Source: Vermamoeba vermiformis (lineage: Eukaryota). Taken from it: a stretch of 64,000 nt of DNA. The stretch is from the NCBI GenBank assembly GCA_045837725.1, contig JBEWZL010000227.1, forward strand, positions 124,001 through 188,000, written 5' to 3'. Both the position numbers and the translations under genes were made by a program. The notes beneath the pieces are model-generated. The model was not told the DNA's origin, searched no databases, and saw only the letters and a list, made by a program, of their open reading frames with translations. Positions 48,049 through 59,100 of this stretch are shown here, one piece after another (the first letter of the stretch is position 1; the number at the start of each line of letters is the position of its first letter).

Positions 48049-49167
48049 ATGGACCTCATATTATCAATGACTCTAAAGTCTCTAAAGTTAAATTTTGTCA
48101 AAATTTTCGACGAAGCTGCGATCCGTTTCACCAACCAAAAAAAACTGCCACAAAGGCTTAATATCAATCACTATCTTCCATGTGATATTAATTCAATAAT
48201 ATTAAACAAATCAAACATCACTCGGTTGGAATTATGTAAAGCCGATTTAACAACGGATCTATTTTCCTATTTGTTGGACAATTTAAGTGACAGCATTACA
48301 TATTTAGACATATCAAATAGGCCCAAACAACAAGTGCCACCTGAAAATGAGATTTCGTTTGAAGGATTGAACAAATTGGATCAATTTTTATCGACCAATC
48401 GGACGTTACGGACAATTGTATTAGATGGCGCGATTGAACCAGAACCAGAAGTGCAAATTAATTTTGGAGAGTCATTGAAGATCAATAATACACTACAAAC
48501 ATTAAGTTTAAGAGGCTGCTGGCTACCAGATCAAGTCGTGTTAAAAATAGCGGATGCGTTGAAAGTCAACAAAACATTAACGAGACTTGAATTATATGAG
48601 AATCACTTAGATATGGACACCTATGCAAAATTAGTGGCGTCGTTGATTCAAAATGACACTTTGACAGGTGTCAGTTTTGGCCGGTACGAACAATATTACG
48701 AATTCTTTTACGAAGTGGCAGATCTGATCGAAAAAACAAAATCACTTGAAAGTATTGAAGTATCATATACAGCTGGTGATTATGACTATAGTTCTGGATT
48801 AGAGGACATAATGGATCGGTTGAAATGTAACACTACGATTGCAACTTTTTTAATGCAAGTCAGTTTCTACGGAGGTGCAAGAATCCATGAATTATTCAGT
48901 GAAAATTACACGCTGACAACGACCAGTTTGGGACCACACGAATTAGTCCAAAATTATTGCGCTCGAAACAGATCCCATCAACGACAACTCCGAGAAAACA
49001 TAATAATATTTATCCATAATATTGCTAGGGATAATTTAATAAGAGAAAAATTGCCCGAAGAAATTTGGCGACAGATCTTCGAGTACATTAAATATCCGAA
49101 AGCAAAATCTTTTGGATCTGCTGTTCGCTCAATTTTTATGAAGTATAGAACATGTATAGTTGAATAA
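48049..49167 (+). CDS. RNI-like LRR ORF with C-terminal F-box-like motif (3' part of a possibly decaying gene)
   Basis: LKINNTLQTLSL and LKVNKTLTRLEL repeats; tail FIHNIARD..KLPEEIWRQIFEYIKYP. Confidence 0.75.
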   Translation: MDLILSMTLKSLKLNFVKIFDEAAIRFTNQKKLPQRLNINHYLPCDINSIILNKSNITRLELCKADLTTDLFSYLLDNLSDSITYLDISNRPKQQVPPENEISFEGLNKLDQFLSTNRTLRTIVLDGAIEPEPEVQINFGESLKINNTLQTLSLRGCWLPDQVVLKIADALKVNKTLTRLELYENHLDMDTYAKLVASLIQNDTLTGVSFGRYEQYYEFFYEVADLIEKTKSLESIEVSYTAGDYDYSSGLEDIMDRLKCNTTIATFLMQVSFYGGARIHELFSENYTLTTTSLGPHELVQNYCARNRSHQRQLRENIIIFIHNIARDNLIREKLPEEIWRQIFEYIKYPKAKSFGSAVRSIFMKYRTCIVE

Positions 49168-49514
49168 ACTGTGTTTTGTTTGATCATTTGAATGGTAATT
49201 TTATGGTGGCAACATTAGAGAAAAGGATCCATGCCAAGGGATCGACGTTCCACAAATAGACCCAATACAGGCAGACCAAAAATCTTTGCAACAATCTATT
49301 CAGCGTTAAATACGATGTTGCGGTTCACTTCATGACGTTGTTAGTCAACGAGTGATTGCGCTGATCTTGGATGTGATCCCAAGGCATTTTGTCTCTCGCT
49401 ATTAGAGCAGAAGGTGTTAAATCTCAGAATTAATTTATCGCTATTACTAAAACCTTCGGAATCGCTAAGCACATGGCAAAAAAAAAGGATCTGATCGATG
49501 GGCAAAAAAGGAAG

Positions 49515-49648
49515 CGGACCAGGCGGGACTTGCACCCACAACTACTCGTATTAAAGAACTTTTGAAGTGAGAATTCAACAATTTCTTGTGAAAACCAGGA
49601 TGATACCCCGAAGGGCAGGCGAGGGCTCTACTTTTGAGCTACTGGTCC
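49515..49648 (-). ncRNA. tRNA-shaped RNA (134 nt) with a structured insert in the anticodon arm
   Basis: Acceptor GGACCAG/CTGGTCC + G, D arm GCTC/GAGC, anticodon stem CTCG/CGAG enclosing 71 nt, variable loop TAGTT, T arm GTGGG-TGCAAGT-CCCGC, T6 terminator 5 nt downstream. Confidence 0.85.
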
Positions 49649-50195
49649 GATAAAAAATTATCTCTCTAGCGGTTCAAATTGGGTGGTAAAAAACAGAACG
49701 TAAACATTGTGGGAGAATTTTATCCACAAGTACTTCGCAAAATATCCACAATTGCGTACAACAACTGCGCGATCGTCAAAACAGACTTTGTCGATCTGAA
49801 TCCGTTCTGGGTCTTTGAGGCTAAAACGGATTAATTGTGGGTCGATTGTTTAATCTAGAAGCACTCAAGTGTTGCAATCACATTGCCGGCCAGGCTATCA
49901 ACCCTTTTGAATTGTTAGTCTTTGAATTTAAAATTTAATTATTAGTTGTAAAGCAAATTTATATCGAGGCATTAAAGCGAATTATTAGTTGTTCGCTTTC
50001 CTCATCAAGAATAATTTTTTTGAGATAATATCTGATTTTTAAATACGGTGGATTTGGCCTTAAAATGTTTGCATAAGGTCATCAACGCTTCTTAAGAGAG
50101 CTAGTATTAGTAAAACAATATTTAGTGCTACATATTACAACATTGCCCGAAAGCAATCGCAAAATTACATGTTAATTGGAGTGTTTTTCAATTTC

Positions 50196-53100
50196 TTATT
50201 GTTGCGGTGGCGGAGGACGAGGCATGACAGGGCTCTTCATTTGACCGGGCATCGGTCCCTTCATTTGCCCTGGGGGCGGGAATCCGTTGCCTGTTGGTGG
50301 TGATCCATACATGCCAGTCTTTGGCGGACCTGGCGGGAATCCCATGCCTGGCGGATGCTGGCCTGGTGGGAAGCCGGGACCAGGACCTTTCATGGGACCA
50401 GGCGGGAAGCCAGGGCCTGGAGGGAAACCAGGTCCCGGGGCCTTCATGTGACCAGGAGGAGGTCCAGGTGGCGGGAATCCGTTGCCTGTTGGTGGTGATC
50501 CATACATGCCAGTCTTTGGGGGACCTGGCGGGAATCCCATGCCGGGGTGCTGGCCTGGTGGGAACCCAGGGCCAGGATGCGGTGGGCCAGGCGGGAAGCC
50601 TTGACCAGGGCCAGGTTGAGGCGGACCTGGTGGGAAGCCTTGACCGTGGCCTTGTTGTGGTGAGCCAGGAGGGAAACCTTGGCCCTGTTGCGGTGAACCG
50701 GGCGGGAATCCTTGACCGTGACCAGGATGAGGCGGGCCTGGAGGGAAGCCTTGACCAGGACCAGGTTGAGGTGGACCTGGTGGGAAGCCTTGGCCTGGTG
50801 GAGGGAAGCCATTGCCAGTCGGAGGAGAGCCAGGGATCGGTCCAGGTACAACACCAGGTGGCAACATTACAGGGCCCTTGGGACCATTGTGCATAACAAT
50901 AGGGCTCTTAGGCTGTTGGCCTGGAGGTGGCATTGGGCCTTTAGGACCCGGAACAGCGCCGGGTGGGAATCCACCAGAGAATCTCTTGGCGTTGGGAGGA
51001 GCTACACCAGGTGGGATTCGAGGCATGCCCGGTGAACCAGGTGACACGGGACCCTTTTGGTATTGTTGCTTTCTCATGCCGAACAAGTTCTTTCGTGCAT
51101 TGTTGAGTTCTTTCTCCAACCGCATAATCTTCATCTGTTGCTCGAACTCGAACACCTTGCTGCCCACGACACTCGTGACAGCAACACTGGCATCGTTGTC
51201 GTCCAAATCGCTGAACTCGCCTGCCTGTTGAGCTGCCTCGACAAGTTGACTGCAAGACGTGGCAACTTGACGTGCAGAAGTGCTCAACGATTTGTTGGCC
51301 GCCGAGTTAGGATCCGACTGCAAAAGTGAAGTTAGGTTAAAATGCTATATTGCTTAATGTACTTAAGATGTACGTACTCTGACACGTGATGCAGTGACAA
51401 TACGAGCAGTTGCCGTAGTGACTGATCGAGCAGCTACTAACAACGCTTCTTCAGGGATCTTTCCGCTGGCAACTTGAGCAGACAAACCGACCAATCGTTG
51501 CACTGATTCACTGGCTTCCTTAGCCGCTGAAATGAGACCGTTGGCCCAGATAGGATCGTTGTTGTATTTGTTTTGAACTTGGTCAGTGTTGCTCGAGCGT
51601 TCCTTTTGAACAGCGGCTGCTGATCGAACCAGATCTGCTGTGGCGCCCATAATAGCTTGAGATGCGTCGAAAATAGCAGCAGAAACCGATTCCTATACAA
51701 ATAATAGTGTTAGGGGTATATAAAGAAGCAAATAATCGAGAATCAATTGCGGATGTGGATCGAGATCTTACCTTATCAAGAGGAGCGCTAGGATCGCGTG
51801 GTTTGTAGTTAGGTCTGTTCTTCTTAACTTGCAATGAAGCCTCGTTAATCGTCCTCAACGCATTAGCCAATTCCATCTCGGCCTTAGATTGCAAGTTATC
51901 ATCGTCGATGAGCTTCAAGTGCGCGCCACCAGGCAACTGATTGACAGCTGCCACGACGTCACCAATGAGACCTGTGACACCAAGTGATGTCTCTTCCAAG
52001 CGTGCAAGGTTGTCGTCTGATTTGGCTGCATCGATAACATCCAGAGATGCTCTAAAGTGAAACAAAAAGTTAGATCTGGATCTATTCCAAACTTTCCAAA
52101 AACAAATATGGTGATGCGTGCATAAAATTAATATTAATGACATAACATAAATAAGGCTCCAAAACTTACCTAGCAACGTTTTCAGCAACGGACATGAGCT
52201 TGGCTTGCAACTTAGGGTCGTTCGACAAGTTGACAGCACCACGAGCGCTACGCAACAAGGTCTTGACACCTTCTTGCACGTTCTTCGCGGCCTTAATGAC
52301 GTCGTCTTGATTGTTCGAGAACAAGATATCTGACAAGCCGTTGGTCACCTGACGGCAGCTCTGCATGACGTCTTCAGGACGAGCTCCTGGTAGGGCCGAC
52401 AAGTCGTCTAATATAATGTCATTAGAATAAGTACCAAGTCGATAGTATGGCTTTTTGAGCTTACTCAAGTAGGAGGAGATCTCCAACATGACTGAATCCA
52501 GCTCACGTTCTCGTCGTTCGAGACCGCTTGAAGTACCACGAGCCAAGTTGATCAATTGAGAAGCAGCGTCGCCAGATGACTTAACACTAACGAGCAGTGT
52601 CTGTTGAGTAATGTTGTCCTTGCCGCCCTTTCGCAAGTGATCCTGGCAAGACATCAACAATTGCTCAGCAGTGATTGCCAAAGCCTTAGCAGCGGTTAAA
52701 ATGGCTTCTTGTGTCGTGCCATCGCTTGTATTTTGAGCAGCCTATTCATTCAAGTGTCAGTCAGATCGAGATGCGAAAAAGCGATCAGATCCCAAAAAAA
52801 AAATAAAAATATGCTATGTCAGCCGAAAGATGGTTTGTGAAAACTTCCATGTATTTTCAAGTTCGGAATTTGTGCATCATGCATATTTAAATAAAGGAGT
52901 GGAGATAGGACTTTTGACTTCACGATCGAATCCACCAAAAAATTCTTATGGGAGCTAAACCCCGCTCCAAAATAAAATTTTCATAGGACGTACCTTAATA
53001 CTAGCCTCGCTCATCTTCAAAACAGCAGCAGACAAGTTCTGAGCAGAAGCACCGAACGCATCCACGCCAACTTTAGTCGCTTCAGCTGACTCGATAATAG

Positions 53101-56100
53101 ACTTGCCCACGGCATTAGTGGCAGAAACCAAATCGTCCAATGAGAAGTTAGGGTCACGATCAGAGATGTCCAATTGACCGGCTTGAGCAAAGATGGTCTG
53201 GTTGTTCAGCTTGGTGACTTCAGATCGGATCTTCTCCAATGAACTTGCGACTTGGTTCTCAGCAGTAGCTCCCTTCTTAATAGCAGCAATAAAGCGGGGG
53301 ATGGCCTCACTAGTCACCTTAAAGGCCTCATTGAGCTTGACTTGATCGCCGTTCTTGGCACTTTCAATCATTTGCTTCGTGCACGCGATCAGCTCTTTCG
53401 TGGCCTTGATAATTTCAGCCTTGGCTGAGATATCCTTGGTAGTAGCAATAGCGTCACGTGCTTGGTTGATAATATTAGGCAAAATATCAGCCAGAGCTTT
53501 AGCTTGCAGTGACACTTGACCAGGGTTTGCCTATCAAAATTGCGTCAATACAGTTCATTCAGCTGCTTTTTTAAATTCAAATAGTTGATCAGCCGAAAGA
53601 TGGTATGTTTAGCTTTCATATATATCAAGCTAAGGATATTCTGCATCATGCAAAAGAGATTTTTTGTGATCGAAAAAGCCCATCGCAAAATTGTTACCTT
53701 GTCAGTAGAATTCAATGACGCTGATTTATCGGCAATATCGAGAGCCAATGAAGTCAAGCCTTCTTTGATAGCTTGGTATCCTTGACCAGAGGCCATAGGA
53801 GGCAGATCCAAGTTCTTCTCAGCAGAGACTATCTCGACGATAGCAGAGTCGATTTCCTTCGATAAAACGGCGTTGGCTTTGAGTGCTGTGACCAACTTGC
53901 CGAGAGATTGTGACGCGCCCTTGGACTTGGCAATGATATTTTGTTGGCCTTGTTGCGTGGCTGAATCTGTGCACGCGCGAACCAAGCCCAACATAGCCTC
54001 GGCCAATTCCTAGAATAACACCATTAGCATCGTACTTTGCAAGGAATCCGTAGTACTGGTATGGTCTTACCTTGGTCAAGCTCAAGAGATCCTTCTGAGA
54101 TTGATTATCGGAAGTTGTGACTGCGGCAATCTTCGAAGCAGACACGAGCAAAGGAATGTTGTGCTCGACGCGGTTGATAATGCCGGCAAGATCTGCGTTG
54201 ACACCTTCCTTGATGGCACCGTCCACAATGCTGTCGATGTTGTTGGCAATGGATCTGCTCAATTGGACTAACTCTTCTTGAGCTTGTTGGTGAGTCTTGC
54301 CGTTAGCAATTGACGGGTCCAAACCACCAACAGCAATCTTAATCGCAGCACTGTCGAGGTCAGCAACAGTTCCAGCGATAGTCTTGACAGCCTTATCAGC
54401 AGCTTGTTTAGCCGGGTTGACGACAGCGCTAGTCTCCAAGAGCTCACGCAAAGCCTCTGACAAAGCCTTGGTAGTCATAGACAAGTTGTCTTGTGACTGC
54501 TGGTCACCCTTTGCAGCAAGAGAAGTAGCGGCCTTGACCAAGTTACCAGTAGAAATTGCGAGTGAACGCGAGGCAGTAACAAGCTTAGCAGCAATAGCAG
54601 GGTCCAGAGTAGGCATGGGTTGACCACCGTTAGCTTCAGTCTCGAGCTTAGTACGGACGCCTTCGAGTTCCATAGTCTTTTGAGCCAATTCTTTAGCAGT
54701 CTCAATGAGCTGTTGCATGTTTTCAGGTGATTCCAAAGCATTTTGAGCGGCACGTGCCATATTCGAAGTAGCAGTGGCAAGACCGTGAGCAGCCTTCAAC
54801 AAAAGAGCTTGTTTGGGCTTCTCGGTAATAGTACCAGCGGTCTTCTTCGTAGCCTCAATCAACTTCGAAGCAGCTGTGGCAGCTTCACGCGCACTTCCAA
54901 CGACTCTTTGGCCGTCATGAGGGTTGTTAACAATGGTGTTAATTGCATTGAGCAACTCTTGAGCAGGACCGCTCAATTGACCTTGACTGCCTTGAGAGCC
55001 AGGGTTGGCCAAGACAGCAGTGGCAAGACGCAAGTGATCAACATGCGACACGGCCTCGTTAGCCCAGAGACCCAACTTTGACGCGTTACCCATTGAAGCA
55101 GCACCAAGCAAACGAGCGCTAGCGTTAGCAACACCTTGAGCGGCACGCTGCAACTCGCCCAAAGCTTGAGCACGGCCAAAAGTACCATCGGCTTGCAAAT
55201 TGTGAATGGCGCTCGGGTCGAGCAAGTTGGCGATGTTTTGGATCTGCGACACAGCGGCATCAACTTCAGGGAATGAGTTGGCCATGGAAGCTTGAAGTAA
55301 GTTATCAATAGCTGTTTGAGTGGCTGAGACGATTTGAGTCAACTCTGACGAAGCCTTTTGGTTGTTCTTGTTAGCAGCAACTTCTTTAGAAATATTGATG
55401 GCAGTGTTGAGTGTCTCGCCCAACTTTCCAATGCTGCGTTGAATCTGATCGTGGATAGATCTATTTTGCGAGTTCATTGCAGCTTGGTTAGCCGAATCGG
55501 CCAAAGCACTGTAAGTGTTTGCGACCATCTTAGCAATGGCTCCTAATCTCTTAGGATCGTTACGAGCAGTCGCTGCCAATTGCGAAACAGCCGAGAATAA
55601 AGCCTTAGTGTTCGTGTTGATAGATTCACCAGCTTGTCTGAACTCCAAGTTATTGTTCACGGGTTCAGCGCCCAATCGAAGTTTGCCCAATTCATCGGTA
55701 ATAGTCTCAATAGCAGAATCGAGTTCTTGCGCGTTGAGACCTTGAGCAGCAGCAATTAAACTGGACATGGAGTTGCTGACTTGATTGCTGGCCTTGTCGA
55801 GTGCTTGCCTGAGGTTCTCGTCTGCTTGATTAGATGCAGCGGCACGTGCGGCCAAGATCAAGTTGGCTGTGTCTTTGTTTAATTTCTTGGCAGAAGAAAT
55901 AGTGTTGAGTTGCGTGGCCTTGTCCTTGGTAGTTGAGGCAGCAGCCTTGACAGAGTTGGTTTGCTGGCCCAAGACAGTTGAGGACTCCAAAGCAGCCTCA
56001 CCCAAGTTACCTTCACCGCGAGCAGCACGAGCAAGCTTGTTTCGGGCCTCAGTCAAACGAGCCAAAGTCTGTTGCAGCAATTGCATGGCACCTTCGTTGG

Positions 56101-59100
56101 TCTGGCCAGGCTCAGGCAACAAGAAATCACCTTGCGAGGCGTAGCCCAAGATATCAAGTTCGGCATTAGCAGCTTCAATTTGGTTGAGAGATTCATTGAT
56201 ACGCTCGTCACCGGCAGTTTCCTTAACAGCTTTAACGGCGTTCATAAGCTTCTGAATGGCATCAGCGAGATCGTTGGTCGTCTTCAATACGTTTTGGTTG
56301 TCGTTAGGTTCAGTGATGCCAGGTGTCAGTCTCTTGATTTGAGCGACAGCGCTAGCTAATGGCAAAGCATTGCGTTGCACAGTAATGAGCAAGTCACGCT
56401 GGACTTGAACGTCTTCAGGACTCTTGCTGGCCTTGGTGACGGCAGCAATAAGCTCTTGTGCAGCGTTGTCAATGTTTTGGTTCTCCTTCTCCAATTGAAC
56501 CTTGAAAGCAGCATCGGTCACGTGCTTGTTGGCGTTGTACAGCGCAATCTCAGTTCCGAGAGCAGCAGCAGCCGTGGCTTTAGTGTGATAACGAAGACCT
56601 TGAATGGCTCCGTGACGAGCAGCTTCAGTGACTAACTGTTGAACGGCCGTGTCGACCTTTTGTGCGGCATCAGTCATGCGTGCAACAGCGAGTTTGTCGT
56701 CAGGGTTAGCGGCAACTTCTCTGATAGCATTGGTGAGGTTGCTAACTGAGTCAGCAGCTTCTTGCATGTAGTTCTGCAAACGTTTCTTGGCCACTGGATC
56801 AGTAATAGCAGCTGCCACCTTCTTCGATTGAATGACTAAGTCGTTCACTGCCATTGCGGCCAAGCGAGCAGCCTGAACAATCTTGGACTTGTTATTGTTG
56901 GCCTCGCGAAGTTGTGACAAAGCACCGGTCACAGCACCAGAGGTCTTTGCAAAGTCCAAGTCAACCGATGCAGCGCCTCTAAACTCGACGGTCTCTAACG
57001 CGCCCATCAAATGTGACATGGCGTCGTTGACACCCTTAGCAGCACGGCCAATTCCTTGTAAGTGACTCGGCTGTGGGCCTGAATCTTTAACAATAGTGCA
57101 CAATTGCGCGGTGTCATTTGCAAGCCCTTGACTGGCCTCCAAAAGGTGCTTTTTGACAGTAGCATTCATGACTGCAGGAGCCAATGTTTCTATTGATAAA
57201 TTCATTAGTCTTTGCGCTTATTCGGAATATTATTAATACTAACCTGCTGTCAATGCCATCGTCTTTTGATTGCCTTGAACTTTCTTCGTGGCGTTAACAA
57301 TGTCGCGCATCTTGTTGCCGTCCTTCAAGGTCTTCATCGCAGCCAAAGAACTATCGATAACGTCTTGTACTGCGTTCAGCAACTCTGCGGAGGCTTGTTG
57401 AATCAAGCTCTCAGAGCCCCAATCGTTCAAAGTACCAGTACGTGCGCTGTTCAAATAAAGCAAGCCTTCTTCAACTTCTTTTTTGGCGCGTTCGAATTCT
57501 GCTCTCGTCTTCAAATCGTGAGGATTGTCTGAGAGTTTAATAGAAGCCTCGAAGAAGTAATCGAGAAGATGGGCCAATCGCTGAGCACCATCGATCATTG
57601 CCTGATCCGAGGGCGTATCTCCGATGCTGGATGCGGATTTAGCACTTGCGGCTAAACGCATCATGCTAGCAGCCAAATCCTTAGCAATACGATGCAAACT
57701 TGCTTTGTCCATTTGTTCAGGAGGCGACAAAGCAATTTCAGCGAATGCCTGGAAATCTTTCGTCAACTTAGCGGCGTTAGTTTGAACCTGATCCTTCCAT
57801 TGATCGATGGTCATCTTTTCGGCTCTGTTGTACGGCTCAATACCCCTAAAGAAATGCATTATTAAATGGATAGTTAATTAATAATTTTGACTCGCTTTAA
57901 CGATTGAAATGAGAATAAAATTGAAATAGCCAGATCCGCTACCCACTTACTTTTCGAGTTCAGAAGCCAACAATTTCGACTGTTTACGAGCAGTAGGAAG
58001 ATCGTTTACAACAACCTTCTCGGACTCGCTCATTCGGGGTTGACTCTGAGGTCCAATTGATCCGGATCGAGTTTCGGAAACTTGAGCAACAGCAACAGGA
58101 GGGCCTTGAGTGAAACTAGGAGTTGCTGAAATTTGTACTTGACCGGCTTGAGGAGCTAATATTTCTTCTTTAGCCTTCAAAGTATCGTCGTCTTCGACCT
58201 TCTTAGTTCCCTCTGAAAAAAATAAATATTAGAAATATTGAATAAGGGTGAATAATATTTTTAATCGCTGGCGTGACCTTATAATAGTATTTACTGCGCA
58301 CAACGCAATTTTAAAAATAAATAGAAATTAATTAAAAAGAAAATCAAAAGAGAAATTCCGTCTTCGGAATGTTGAACAGAAATGATTTGTATAAGATATA
58401 TATACTACTTCTATTACGTACCTCTTCTAATCTTTAAAATGATGTCGATGTAACCAGCGATCATTTGCGAGATCGCTTCTCCTTCGTTAGTTTGAATGAC
58501 ATAGTACTCGCTTTCAAAGTCACCAAAGTCGAAGGTGAATGTATTAATAGAAGAGACCCATCGCTTAAGTTGAGGAAGTCTATATTCTTTCAAAACTTCC
58601 TTCGTTTCTGGATCGAATCGAAAAATCTTATCACGCGAAATACCAATCAAAATAGGGACCCATTTGCCTTTCTTTTTGCCAGTGCCTTTTTCCTATAGAT
58701 CGATAATATGAGATAACTATCCACAAATAAGCGAGATTTGGCAATTTAATTCCGCCGGATCTCGCGAGCTATAATTATCGAACAAATAAATCAAACAAGT
58801 AATACTCATACCATTGCATTGAAGAATGAAACACCATAAGTACGCAATCCACGGACTTTTTGAACGTATCTGAACTTGGCATTTTGTTCTGTAAGAGAAG
58901 ACAACTTTTTGTGTTCGTTAAGCACGTCTTGTTCGAGCGTTTTCGTTTGTTTTTTCCATGATGAGGGAATATATTGCTCGGTACTATAATAATTTATTAG
59001 CTAAGTTGTCGTATGTTTGAATTCTAGAATTTCTGTAATGTCAAATTTGTCACTCAGCAAAAGAAAATAATACTGCTCGCGATATAAGCCAGGCAAATAT

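Noticed and set aside
49515-49648. Calling the RNA tRNA-Gly(GCC), tRNA-Sec, tmRNA or a group I intron-containing tRNA
   Set aside because: The Gly reading gives C31-A39, C37 and an atypical acceptor; there is no UCA anticodon or long variable arm, no G3-U70, and the insert is far too short for a group I intron.
50294-57532. Plus-strand ORFs opposite talin (and similar ORFs opposite kinesin and the ABCC genes)
   Set aside because: Antisense shadows caused by the codon bias of the real genes.
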